45,600 nt of DNA, from positions 1-45,600 of the forward strand of contig DATCIS010000011.1 of assembly GCA_036507655.1 (NCBI GenBank). Direction: 5' to 3'. Origin of the DNA: Candidatus Saccharimonadales bacterium (GTDB lineage: Bacteria; Patescibacteriota; Saccharimonadia; Saccharimonadales; UBA10212). Each line of letters opens with the position of its first letter. The first letter of the stretch is position 1. Shown here one piece after another: positions 1 through 8,171 of the stretch. The position numbers were made by a program, and so were the translations under genes. The notes beneath the pieces are model-generated. The model saw nothing but the letters and a program-made list of their open reading frames with translations, had not been told where the DNA came from and searched no databases.

Positions 1-1046
1 GCGTATTCTACCTCAGCGCAGGTTGTGCTAATTTGGACCTTCTTACCCTTCAGCTTGCAATCGTAACCGTTAGCATGCTGCAGACCAAAATTATGACCTA
101 TCTCATGGGAGAAGCTATAGGCATCGATCGCAGTTGCGCCATTAAACCACGAAAAATGACTCCCGCCGACTTCGGCGAGTCCCAGAAATTGGCAAACGGG
201 TGACTGGGGTAACAGAAAAACAAAATATGAATAGCCGGATAAATCCACCCCTTGGCTTGCCGCTCCAGCTATAGCTGCTTCGGCCCATTCTAGGAAGGCG
301 CAACCAAAGGCAGCCCCAGGCTCGTCATTGCGGTTGGGTATACTGATCTTAAAGATGCTACTACCTTCAAGTGAGGCCTTTTTATAGGATGCCTGTTTAA
401 TAAAAGCGTTGGTTGACTTTGGCCCGCTGAAAAAAGCGGTTGAAATAGTAGCATCTGTAGCGGCTGCGTATGAAATATTGGAAAAGTTGACTTTAATAGC
501 GGCGACTTTCTGGGGTCCTAATACTTTAGGCAGTACGGCTGCTTGCAGGACTTCTGTAGATTCAACGGCTATGCCTGAAGCAGTATTATCGGCGGCTAGT
601 GCTGTACTTGTCCCTATGCTAGCAGTACTTGGCTTACTGCCTTTTATTTTGATCCGGGAACCGGGCTGTATTTTGGGTTTCTCTTTAAAATTCAGCCGAA
701 TGTGCTGGCGGTCATCTGTAACTATCCCGTAATAGTCATCATTGAAATTATAGGCATGCTCACGATCTTCATCTTGAACTGTATCGGAATGAGGGGCGAC
801 TATGATTTCTAGTTTTCCCTCAAGGGTAATTGGCGAGCTGGCCTTAGCAAAAACAAGGAAATATGAACCAGTAACTCCGATAATTGCGGCAAAAATTATA
901 AGGTGGGGCCATTTGAATTTGAGATTACTATGAAAAATCTTTTGCGTTGATTTGGTGTACTTTACTGGTGCCCTGGAGATAGACAAGTCGCTACCGGAGG
1001 TTTTATGTGAAGCAGGCTTCCTTTTAGGCAATGTAAATTTGTACAT
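1..1046 (-). CDS. Zinc metalloprotease, metzincin-like, with N-terminal signal anchor; C-terminus cut off by the window edge
   Basis: Absent from the ORF track because it runs off the window. A reverse-strand ATG at 1046-1044 opens a frame that stays open to position 1 (about 348 codons). My translation starts MYKFTLPKRKP, has the hydrophobic segment WPHLIIFAAIIGVTGSYFLVFA, and contains HEIGHNFGLQHANG (HExxHxxGxxH zinc motif) encoded at about 69-110. Confidence 0.75.
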   Translation of the reverse strand, partial: MYKFTLPKRKPASHKTSGSDLSISRAPVKYTKSTQKIFHSNLKFKWPHLIIFAAIIGVTGSYFLVFAKASSPITLEGKLEIIVAPHSDTVQDEDREHAYNFNDDYYGIVTDDRQHIRLNFKEKPKIQPGSRIKIKGSKPSTASIGTSTALAADNTASGIAVESTEVLQAAVLPKVLGPQKVAAIKVNFSNISYAAATDATISTAFFSGPKSTNAFIKQASYKKASLEGSSIFKISIPNRNDEPGAAFGCAFLEWAEAAIAGAASQGVDLSGYSYFVFLLPQSPVCQFLGLAEVGGSHFSWFNGATAIDAYSFSHEIGHNFGLQHANGYDCKLKGKKVQISTTCAEVEY

Positions 1047-1192
1047 ACCGCGAAATTATTGTTCTTTTATTATTCGCTTCAAGTGTAATTTATAGTTGTT
1101 ATGCTTGTCAAAGAGATTAGTCAACGGTTATCGTGGCAAATATTGATTAAAGCTTCTCTGGCTGAGCGTATGGGTCTAGTACCGGAGAGAGC

Positions 1193-1798
1193 TTAAAGAG
1201 ATAATGAGTATCTGAAAGATCCGCCCGGTACGCAAGATAAGTTGAAGTTGGCGCTGCCGTTTCCACGGCTTGAGTAATTCACTTGCCCACCGGACTGACA
1301 GCTTTGTTTTCTGGTGTTGTTAGTAATATTGACAGCTTTCCAGCCTAGACTTTGGCCTATATCAACACTAGTACTCGCGCCAGTGCCGGTTACCCGGCCG
1401 GAATAACTGATGTACGGGTCGCCATTAACAATCCAACCGCCGACACACCGCCAGTCAGTGATGGTTTGGGTAGTGCTTAAACCGAAGCTGGCAATACTCG
1501 GAGTAGCCGTGCCGCTCCAGCCGCCAAGCGTGTGAATCGTACCACCTGTCGTGCAGTTGGTGGTATAGTCGATTGTTACCCGAACGAGGCATGAACCTGA
1601 AGTTGTACAGGATACGCTTTGACGCGCCTGGCTGAAGGCTGAAGTAAACGCATCGGTCAACTGCCGTTGCATCGTTTCAATCTGGCCGGTAGTCATACCT
1701 CTATTGGTTGGGTCCGGAATATTACGGGCTAGGGTGAACGCCCCGATGGCTACCACGCCGGCTATAGTCAGACCCGCTAAAATTTGACCGAACTTCAC
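1193..1798 (-). CDS. Hypothetical secreted or membrane-anchored Cys-containing protein (201 aa)
   Basis: ORF track. GTG start preceded by GGAGG 6 nt upstream. N-terminal hydrophobic anchor ILAGLTIAGVVAIGAF. Thr/Ser/Gly-rich with 6 Cys. No family recognised. Confidence 0.6.
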   Translation of the reverse strand: MKFGQILAGLTIAGVVAIGAFTLARNIPDPTNRGMTTGQIETMQRQLTDAFTSAFSQARQSVSCTTSGSCLVRVTIDYTTNCTTGGTIHTLGGWSGTATPSIASFGLSTTQTITDWRCVGGWIVNGDPYISYSGRVTGTGASTSVDIGQSLGWKAVNITNNTRKQSCQSGGQVNYSSRGNGSANFNLSCVPGGSFRYSLSL

Positions 1799-1889
1799 AA
1801 TGTGCCTCCGTGACGGTCTTTACGCTTATAGTTATAAACTTTGTTGGCGCAAACTACAATGATCACGGCTATCTCTGGTAAACAGTTAC

Positions 1890-1963
1890 TGGCTGGGGAG
1901 GAGGGATTCGAACCCCCGATCCTGGGACCAGAACCCAGTGCCTTACCGCTTGGCCACTCCCCA
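1890..1963 (-). tRNA. tRNA-Gln (anticodon CTG), CCA encoded
   Basis: Reverse complement reads TGGGGAG..CTGGG TTCTGGT CCCAG..GGGGGTTCGAATCCCTC CTCCCCA G CCA. It has a U1:A72 pair, discriminator G73 and a canonical T-loop. Confidence 0.9.
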
Positions 1964-2019
1964 TTATCTACCCCTGTTATTATATCTTATCTGTAAAAAG
2001 ACCTCTATAATAGCTTCCG

Positions 2020-2514
2020 ATGAAACCCATCCAGCGTGAATATCTACGCAGTACAATTTTCGGGATAGAAGACAGTTTAGTATCGACCACCGGGCTGATA
2101 GCCGGGCTTAGCGTCGGTGCTGACAGCCGAAGGATAGTTCTACTTGGTGGTGTTGTGGCTATTATGGTCGAGGCGGTTTCGATGGGCGCTGGTGAATATC
2201 TGAGTGATGACGCCGTGGCCGAGCTTGATAAAATTAAGCGCCATCGTGATAGCCCCTTAGTTAGCGGTTCTATAATGTTAATTTCCTATTTACTGGCCGG
2301 TTTTTTACCTTTAGCGCCTGTCATATTCATTAGCTACCCTGGTTCTGTATGGTATAGCGTAATCCTAGCATTAGTCGGCCTTTTTCTCCTAGGTTTTCTT
2401 AAGGGTAAATTGCTTCATACCAGCCCGTTCCGCGGTGGCCTGAAAATCTTAATTGTCGGTGGGCTGGCTACGGCCTTTGGGTTAGTCGTGGGATCTGTCT
2501 TCAAGCTGCAATGA
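2020..2514 (+). CDS. VIT1/CCC1-family iron/manganese transporter-like membrane protein
   Basis: ORF track. The segment GIEDSLVSTTGLIAGLSVG and the C-terminal TM helices are typical of the VIT family. TATAAT at 2005-2010 lies only 9 nt before the ATG, so the mRNA may be near-leaderless. Confidence 0.75.
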   Translation: MKPIQREYLRSTIFGIEDSLVSTTGLIAGLSVGADSRRIVLLGGVVAIMVEAVSMGAGEYLSDDAVAELDKIKRHRDSPLVSGSIMLISYLLAGFLPLAPVIFISYPGSVWYSVILALVGLFLLGFLKGKLLHTSPFRGGLKILIVGGLATAFGLVVGSVFKLQ

Positions 2515-2735
2515 AACGAGTCTACAGAGCAATCCGTAAAGTAGTCATAGCTATAATAGGTTCAGTTGTAGTGGCTCTGGGTATCATTCTGATACCCCTT
2601 CCCGGCCCCGGTATTTTGGTGACCGTTGCTGGCTTGGCAATTCTCTCGCTGGAATTTGAGTGGGCCGAAAAGCACCTTCTGTATTTCAAGAAAAAACTTC
2701 GCCTGGTTATTGAAAAATCCCGAAAAAAGATCTAG
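2511..2735 (+). CDS. PGPGW-domain small transmembrane protein
   Basis: ORF track. Contains the PLPGPGILVTVAGLAILSLEFEWA signature. Overlaps the upstream stop by 4 nt. Confidence 0.7.
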   Translation: MKRVYRAIRKVVIAIIGSVVVALGIILIPLPGPGILVTVAGLAILSLEFEWAEKHLLYFKKKLRLVIEKSRKKI

Positions 2736-2759
2736 ATCAAAATCAAATACTTGAAAAGC

Positions 2760-2782
2760 GTCAAGGTTGAACCTACCTTGAC
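2760..2782. terminator. Bidirectional intrinsic terminator between the VIT/PGPGW unit and sodA
   Basis: 8-bp stem GTCAAGGT / ACCTTGAC with a 7-nt loop. T-rich tracts follow it on both strands (CTTTCT on plus, GCTTTTCAAGTATTTGATTTT on minus). Confidence 0.6.
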
Positions 2783-2836
2783 CTTTCTAGCGAGCAGATA
2801 TAATTACTCAATCTGCGAGCTTTACTTGTTAAGTAT

Positions 2837-3430
2837 TTATAGGAATTGGGCAACTTCTGACCAGTTTACAACATGCCACCAGTTCTCAATATATTCAGGG
2901 CGGCGGTTTTGGTACTTCAAATAATAGGCGTGCTCCCAGACATCCAGCCCCAAAAGCGGTTTTTTGCCCTCCATCAGCGGGCTGTCCTGGTTGGCTGTCG
3001 AGTAAATTTCAAAGTCGTCACCGTTCTTAACTAACCACGCCCAACCCGAGCCGAAACGGTTGGTGGCCGTTTCAGAAAATTGGTTTTTAAATTGGTCGAA
3101 GCCGCCGAATTTGGAGTTTATTACATCCGCAATCTGGCCTGCCGGCTCTTTGGCGCCTCCAGGCTGCATTATCTGCCAAAACAGACTGTGGTTGGCGTGC
3201 CCGCCGCCGTTATTCTGCACCGCCGTTCTGACATCTTCCGGCAGACTTTTGACGTCGGAGAGGATTTCTTCGATTGTTTTTTTCTGCCAATCCGGATATT
3301 TGTCTAAAGCGGCATTCAACTTCTCTACATAAGCCCCGTGGTGTTTACCGTGATGGATTTCCATGGTTTTGGCATCGATATATGGCTCGAGCGCGTCAAA
3401 GTCATACCCCAAATCCGGCAATTTAAACAT
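2837..3430 (-). CDS. sodA: Fe/Mn superoxide dismutase
   Basis: ORF track. Contains [41 protein letters not shown], the canonical Fe/Mn SOD motifs. Confidence 0.95.
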   Translation of the reverse strand: MFKLPDLGYDFDALEPYIDAKTMEIHHGKHHGAYVEKLNAALDKYPDWQKKTIEEILSDVKSLPEDVRTAVQNNGGGHANHSLFWQIMQPGGAKEPAGQIADVINSKFGGFDQFKNQFSETATNRFGSGWAWLVKNGDDFEIYSTANQDSPLMEGKKPLLGLDVWEHAYYLKYQNRRPEYIENWWHVVNWSEVAQFL

Positions 3431-3475
3431 ATTCCCTCTTTCTATCTGCCTAATCTGTGCGGCGCGTAAGTCGTG

Positions 3476-3958
3476 TTATTTTTTAGACCAGCCGCTGACC
3501 AAATTAACACTATACACAACCAAGAATAGAAGTGCCGTAACTTCGATTACAGTCCACCAGCTGGGGCTTTGTTCCAAAAACTTGCCAAAAAAGCCGCTGT
3601 TGGAGAGTTCGCCGGCCGCGCCCTCAGATACTAGGCGCAGGTTTTGCACAAACCAAAAACCGGCTACCAGTATTGCTAAGAGGCCGCCAACCATTCTAAA
3701 GCCGGTCATCAGCGGCAATTTAAACAGGCTAATAGCCGCCCAAACTTCAGCTATGATTATACCTACAGCCCAGACCGCTGGCGTATCAAGACCGATACTT
3801 TCTAACCAGTCCCTAAAATCACCAAAGCCGATTGCCTGCAGCACTGCCATGACGATAAGAACAACGCCAGCAAGGCCCGTAATGTTCCATTCTCGGGATG
3901 TTAGTTTTTGCGGGACCGTCATTTGTGTCCACCCTTTTAGTTGAGCTTGCACTGCCAT
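3476..3958 (-). CDS. Hypothetical 4-TM membrane protein (DoxX/MauE-like)
   Basis: ORF track. Four predicted hydrophobic helices. GAGGGA Shine-Dalgarno upstream. Family assignment is tentative. Confidence 0.55.
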   Translation of the reverse strand: MAVQAQLKGWTQMTVPQKLTSREWNITGLAGVVLIVMAVLQAIGFGDFRDWLESIGLDTPAVWAVGIIIAEVWAAISLFKLPLMTGFRMVGGLLAILVAGFWFVQNLRLVSEGAAGELSNSGFFGKFLEQSPSWWTVIEVTALLFLVVYSVNLVSGWSKK

Positions 3959-4010
3959 GTTTATCCCTCACTTTTTAACTTATAGCTTAATAATACAACA
4001 AAACGGGAAT

Positions 4011-4031
4011 TAGGAAATAGGAAATAGCTAA
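4011..4031. repeat. Heptamer tandem repeat TAGGAAA x2.5
   Basis: TAGGAAA TAGGAAA TAGCTAA with a 7-nt period, in the upstream region of the 3476-3958 gene. Confidence 0.5.
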
Positions 4032-4072
4032 CTGTTAATTTCTATTTTCTGTTTGCTTCTCTCCATTTGTCG

Positions 4073-4160
4073 GCGGCTTCGCCGTATGAGGGACAACCAA
4101 GGGTTTTCCCTCATCGCGCCGGGTACGGAATGAATCCGATACTCGGGCTGCTCCTTTTCC
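4073..4160. repeat. 88-nt structured intergenic element, copy 1 (copy 2 at 22706-22794)
   Basis: The first 42 nt match copy 2 at 41 of 42 positions. The central ~28 nt differ in sequence but form a hairpin in both copies. The last 17 nt (CGGGCTGCTCCTTTTCC) are identical. Confidence 0.7.
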
Positions 4161-4814
4161 TTATTTGGATGCTTGTTTAGACTGATTTTTACGCCATTCT
4201 TCTATTTGGGCGTGGTGGCCGGACAGCAACACCTGAGGGACTTTCATTCCCTGGAATTCTTCAGGCCGGGTATACTGTGGATACTCAACTACGCCGGCTT
4301 GGCTGAAACTCTCGCGCTCAGCACTGGTTTCGCCGCCCAACACTCCCGGGATTAAACGCGTCACAGCATCGATTACCACCATCGCCGGAAGCTCGCCACC
4401 TGTTAAAACGTATTCGCCGATGGAGAATTGTTTATCAACTACGGAGGTGGTGCGTTCGTCATAGCCCTCATAGCGACCGCAAATAATAATCAGGCCGGCT
4501 TCGGTGGATGCGAATTCGCGAGCTATTTTCTGATTAAACAGCTCTCCTCGGGGTGTCATTAACAAAACGTGTGCTCCGGGGTCGGTTTTTTTGGCTTTCT
4601 CAACGGCCGCAAACAGCGGTTCGGGTTTGAGCACCATGCCATCCCCGCCCCCATAAGGTGTATCGTCGACCTGTTTTCTTGGCCCAAGGCCAAAGTCACG
4701 CAGATTTATCAGTTCATATTCAACCAGTTTTTTTTCCTGCGCCTTCCATAGCATGCTGGCATTCAGCACCCCCTCAAATATCTCCGGAAACAAAGTTATA
4801 ACCTTGATTTTCAT
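4161..4814 (-). CDS. trmD: tRNA (guanine37-N1)-methyltransferase
   Basis: ORF track. Contains MKIKVITLFPEIF, DDTPYGGGDGMV and GRYEGYDER, and sits in the conserved rpsP-KH-trmD order. Confidence 0.95.
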   Translation of the reverse strand: MKIKVITLFPEIFEGVLNASMLWKAQEKKLVEYELINLRDFGLGPRKQVDDTPYGGGDGMVLKPEPLFAAVEKAKKTDPGAHVLLMTPRGELFNQKIAREFASTEAGLIIICGRYEGYDERTTSVVDKQFSIGEYVLTGGELPAMVVIDAVTRLIPGVLGGETSAERESFSQAGVVEYPQYTRPEEFQGMKVPQVLLSGHHAQIEEWRKNQSKQASK

Positions 4815-4829
4815 GATTGATCTTTGGGA

Positions 4830-5327
4830 CTAAACGTCTAAATCGTCGAGCTCTTCGAGTTCTTTGCGTGTCCTGCTGATGACGTCCGAAGTGTCTTTGG
4901 TTTTGGCTTCGATTTTCTCCAAGTCTTCGTCTTCGGATACGTCTATATCGTCAGCAGCCTTAGGCGGCTGGTAAGTCGGCTCATCAGCCACAGCAGTTAT
5001 TACTTCTTTTTCCGGTTTTTTCTCTGCCCTGTCTACTGTCTCCTGTCTACTGTCTACCCTGTCTCTGTTTGGTGGTGGTCCGGTATCGACGATTTTTAGG
5101 TTGTAACGAGCGTCATTTTTAGTACCCAATGCCCGCAAAAGCGTCCGTAGACTCTGGGCGGTCGAGCCCCTTTTACCAATAACCCTGCCTAAATCTTCAG
5201 GATCAACCGTCAGCTCGAGTAGAACACCCTTTTCGTCGATTCTTCTATCTACTTTTACCGCATCCGGCTTGCCGACGAGTGATTTTACGATGTATTCAAC
5301 AAATTGCTGGTCTATACTTACTGCCAT
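4830..5327 (-). CDS. KH-domain RNA-binding protein (YlqC/UPF0109-like) with a long acidic C-terminal tail
   Basis: ORF track. Contains the VIGKRGSTAQSLRTLL KH motif. About 80 extra residues are rich in D/E/K. Confidence 0.85.
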   Translation of the reverse strand: MAVSIDQQFVEYIVKSLVGKPDAVKVDRRIDEKGVLLELTVDPEDLGRVIGKRGSTAQSLRTLLRALGTKNDARYNLKIVDTGPPPNRDRVDSRQETVDRAEKKPEKEVITAVADEPTYQPPKAADDIDVSEDEDLEKIEAKTKDTSDVISRTRKELEELDDLDV

Positions 5328-5581
5328 TGGTCTCTCCTTACCTCGCAGAAACTAAATTGTAAAATCATTATAACACCTCCGCCTGTCCAAGCGAGCCATC
5401 AAAAATCTGAAGCCCTCAGAATAATTATCCTGAGCGAGCTACAACCTTCAACCAAACTCAACCTTCCCCCAAGTGGAGCCGGGCCGGTAGGCTGTGGAGA
5501 TGCGATAATTTTTTACGCAGCTCAGACAGCCTACCGTCCGCGCGTGAACGGTTTGGTTGGAGTTTTGTGGCGAGCGAACTT

Positions 5582-6094
5582 CTAGTTTTTCGAATCGGGT
5601 TGAGGATTTTCCGGTGGCGAGCTCTCTTCGGCTTCAGGCTCAGGCTTGGCTTCTTCGGCTGCCGGTTCAGGCGCTTCTTGTGACTCCTCAGCTGGGATTT
5701 CCGCTTCTGCAGGTGCCTCAGCTGCCTCTTCAGCCTCCGGTGCTTCTTCTGGTGCTTTAGCCTCTGGCTCTGGAGCACCTTCCGGACGCGTGCTACGCCG
5801 TTTATCCGGATTACGAACATCTTTTTTCTTCGGTGCCGGAACCTGCACCCACTCCGGTAATTTAATCTTTTCACTCTTTAGGAGCTTAATCACTCTCGTT
5901 GACGGCTGGGCGCCATTTGCCAGGTAGGATTGGAGTTTATCCTTGTCAAAATTCGATTGTTTGGAGTGGGGGTCGTAATTGCCTAAATAAGCCACCACCC
6001 TTCCACTGCTCGGGTGGAAGCGGCTATCTTGAACTATCATTCTGAACTGGGCGTAACCAGACCTCCCGGTCCGTTGCATTCTGATTGCTAACAT
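5582..6094 (-). CDS. rpsP: 30S ribosomal protein S16 with a ~80-aa Ala/Glu/Pro C-terminal extension
   Basis: ORF track. N-terminus is MLAIRMQRTGRSGYAQFRMIVQDSR. The tail reads APEPEAKAPEEAPEAEEAAEAPAEAE. Confidence 0.93.
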   Translation of the reverse strand: MLAIRMQRTGRSGYAQFRMIVQDSRFHPSSGRVVAYLGNYDPHSKQSNFDKDKLQSYLANGAQPSTRVIKLLKSEKIKLPEWVQVPAPKKKDVRNPDKRRSTRPEGAPEPEAKAPEEAPEAEEAAEAPAEAEIPAEESQEAPEPAAEEAKPEPEAEESSPPENPQPDSKN

Positions 6095-6134
6095 GTCTTG
6101 GCCATTCTACAGATAAGAAACAGATAAATCAACC

Positions 6135-6845
6135 TTAAGCTCGGTGTCCTTCTTCCTTGAGATAGTATTTTAGGGCTTGGGTAGCTGCCATTACCTGTGC
6201 AGCTTGTTTAGATGCGCCCTCACCTTCTCCGCGCTTCTCATCATTTACAAAAACTCCGACCGTGAATTTTTTATCATGATCGGGACCCTCTTCTTGTAAT
6301 ACTTTGTATACCGGCGTAAAGCCTTCACGATTCTGCACTAGTTCCTGCAAGCGCGACTTCGGATCCAACCAAGAACCGCTCTGTAGAATCTCCTCAAACA
6401 TCGGTAGCAGACTCTTCTTAATGAAGGTTTTGGCGGCTTTGTAACCTTTTTCGAGATAAACCGCACCAACTACCGATTCGTAGCAATTAGCTAAAATTTG
6501 CTGGCGGGCCCGTTCGCTGCCGCGTTTCTCGCCCCGGCTTAGTCGTAGCAACGGCTCAAAACCCAACCGCGAAGCTGCTTCACTGATACTTTCAGTGCGA
6601 ACCAAGGAACTACGCCAGTTGGTCAGCACCCCTTCAGGCTCAGAGTAACTGGCGTACAAATGCTCGGTCACCACTAATTCCAGTACTGCATCGCCTAAAA
6701 ATTCCAGGCGTTCGTTGTGTTCGGTGACTGTTTTCCGGTGCTCGTTAAGGTACGAGCGGTGCGTAAAGGCGGTAATCAGCAGCTCGGTATTTTTAAAATC
6801 GCCAAATTGGGCTTGGGCGAAAGCTTGGTATTTGGAAACGTCCAT
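6135..6845 (-). CDS. rnc: Ribonuclease III
   Basis: ORF track. Contains the NERLEFLGDAVL catalytic signature and a C-terminal dsRBD (GPDHDKKFTV..GEGEGASKQAA). Confidence 0.95.
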   Translation of the reverse strand: MDVSKYQAFAQAQFGDFKNTELLITAFTHRSYLNEHRKTVTEHNERLEFLGDAVLELVVTEHLYASYSEPEGVLTNWRSSLVRTESISEAASRLGFEPLLRLSRGEKRGSERARQQILANCYESVVGAVYLEKGYKAAKTFIKKSLLPMFEEILQSGSWLDPKSRLQELVQNREGFTPVYKVLQEEGPDHDKKFTVGVFVNDEKRGEGEGASKQAAQVMAATQALKYYLKEEGHRA

Positions 6846-6865
6846 CAGATTAAATATACTCCGTA

Positions 6866-7369
6866 TTAGAGATTCTTCTGCCTGATTGTTTTCAGCGCCA
6901 TTAAAATCAGTTTGCCGATATCTTCGTACTCAATCTTATCCAGGGCATCTTGAACCGGTAGCCAGGCTATGTTGTTCATCCATTTTTCCGGGTTAACCCC
7001 GTCGCTGTCACCCTCCGCCGCCACCAAATAAATCTCGGTCGTCATCAGTATCAAACTGTTATGGCGGCGGTACCGGAAGTTAATTTTGCCCAGCCAGTCC
7101 ATCACCCGCATATGCTGCAAGCCGGTTTCTTCGCGGATCTCGCGCTCGGCTGTCTGGCGGGGGTTTTCACCCTCCTCAATATGCCCCTTAGGAATAGTCC
7201 AGCGGCCCTTTGAGTCCTGGATGAGTAATATCTCCACAACGTCTTGCTTACCCGTTTTGCGGCGAAAGATTATTCCACCGGCAGTCGGCTCGCGGACCAC
7301 TTCGGATATGACAGGTCGGTGACGGCGAACAAATTGGCGGATACCCGCTATCGGTCTGGGTCTCTTCAT
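6866..7369 (-). CDS. NUDIX hydrolase
   Basis: The track ORF 6866-7564 extends into nusB. The internal ATG at 7369 (MKRPRPIAG) avoids that overlap. Nudix box: GHIEEGENPRQTAEREIREETG. Confidence 0.85.
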   Translation of the reverse strand: MKRPRPIAGIRQFVRRHRPVISEVVREPTAGGIIFRRKTGKQDVVEILLIQDSKGRWTIPKGHIEEGENPRQTAEREIREETGLQHMRVMDWLGKINFRYRRHNSLILMTTEIYLVAAEGDSDGVNPEKWMNNIAWLPVQDALDKIEYEDIGKLILMALKTIRQKNL

Positions 7370-7376
7370 AAAATGC

Positions 7377-7868
7377 TTATTTCTTAGTCTTAGTCGTCTT
7401 AGCTTTAGCTTTTGTTTTTTTACCTTGAGCAGCTCGTGTGGTAGTTTCCATGTTACGCAACACCGTACCCAGTACGCCGTTGACAAATTTTGAGGAGTTC
7501 TCACCACCAAAAGCTTTGGCCAGCTCGACCGCCTCGTTAATGGCCACCTTGGGTGGCACTCCATCTTCGAACATCAGCTCATAAACACCGATGCGCAGAA
7601 TTACGCGGTCCATTCGGGCTATCTGCTCTATAGGCCACTCCGGAGCCACCGGCCGGATTACATCGTCAATATTCGCTTGATGTAAGTTTACGCCCTCAAC
7701 CAGCTGCTCGATGAATTTTTTATCGTCGATGGTTGCTTCATAGCGGCCGATGTTACGCGTCAATACACTGCTCAGGCCGAATGATGCATCGCTTAATTCA
7801 CGCCTGAAGTCCTCTTCGTACAGCGTTTGCAGCGCGACTATCCTACCGAGGTGACGATTGGCACTCAT
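7377..7868 (-). CDS. nusB: Transcription antitermination factor NusB with a Lys-rich tail
   Basis: ORF track. Contains [20 protein letters not shown] and [10 protein letters not shown]. Confidence 0.92.
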   Translation of the reverse strand: MSANRHLGRIVALQTLYEEDFRRELSDASFGLSSVLTRNIGRYEATIDDKKFIEQLVEGVNLHQANIDDVIRPVAPEWPIEQIARMDRVILRIGVYELMFEDGVPPKVAINEAVELAKAFGGENSSKFVNGVLGTVLRNMETTTRAAQGKKTKAKAKTTKTKK

Positions 7869-7954
7869 GTTGAATCTTGGTTGTTAATGCTTTCTATTTG
7901 CTATCTCTACTAGTATAACTTATGCCTTGAATTTAAAGAGATTATTCGTAGGGG

Positions 7955-8107
7955 TTAGCTTTTGGCTCGGAGCTTTTTTAGTTGCCTGGAGCTAGTGGCA
8001 ACTTTGACAGGACTGGTAGCATTGACACGGCGCGCCAACTTTAGCACCAGGTGGCTGCGGCGCATACCGGTTCTACGCGGAGTAGTCCGTTTTTTGGGCT
8101 GGCCCAT
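7955..8107 (-). CDS. rpmF: 50S ribosomal protein L32 (50 aa)
   Basis: Below the ORF-track size cutoff, so I translated it myself: MGQPKKRTTPRRTGMRRSHLVLKLARRVNATSPVKVATSSRQLKKLRAKS. GAAGGGAG Shine-Dalgarno and a TATAAT lie upstream on the minus strand. Confidence 0.85.
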   Translation of the reverse strand: MGQPKKRTTPRRTGMRRSHLVLKLARRVNATSPVKVATSSRQLKKLRAKS

Positions 8108-8171
8108 ACAACTCCCTTCAAATACTCTAATTTACACTTGTAGCTTAGGTGTAATTATAGCTTTTAATAGC

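Noticed and set aside
409-732. 107-aa plus-strand ORF from the ORF track.
   Set aside because: It lies entirely antisense to the much longer open metalloprotease frame (1-1046, minus strand), which carries an HExxHxxGxxH motif. It has no RBS and no recognisable family.
4088-4135. Small ORFs starting at the ATGAGGGA of the 88-nt element, on both strands.
   Set aside because: ATGAGGGA/TCCCTCAT is a palindromic stem, so an ATG appears on both strands by symmetry. The downstream frames differ between the two copies and no RBS is suitably placed.
4073-4160. SRP (4.5S) RNA identity for the 88-nt element, prompted by GGAGCAGCC resembling the SRP GGAAGCAGCC motif.
   Set aside because: The motif has no preceding GGUCC-GNAR tetraloop strand. 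The upstream partner sequence would fall inside the trmD or lemA coding ends. Two copies are also atypical for SRP RNA.
5458-5874. 138-aa extremely basic ORF (minus strand), plus plus-strand ORFs at 5557-5760 and 5646-5927.
   Set aside because: They are alternative frames over the GAA/GCT-rich DNA that encodes the S16 acidic tail. Their composition is a by-product of that bias, and the true S16 frame is continuous with its conserved N-terminus.
6866-7564. Long form of the NUDIX ORF, starting inside nusB.
   Set aside because: The first 65 codons overlap the nusB coding sequence in another frame and look non-protein-like. The internal ATG at 7369 gives a normal-length Nudix protein.
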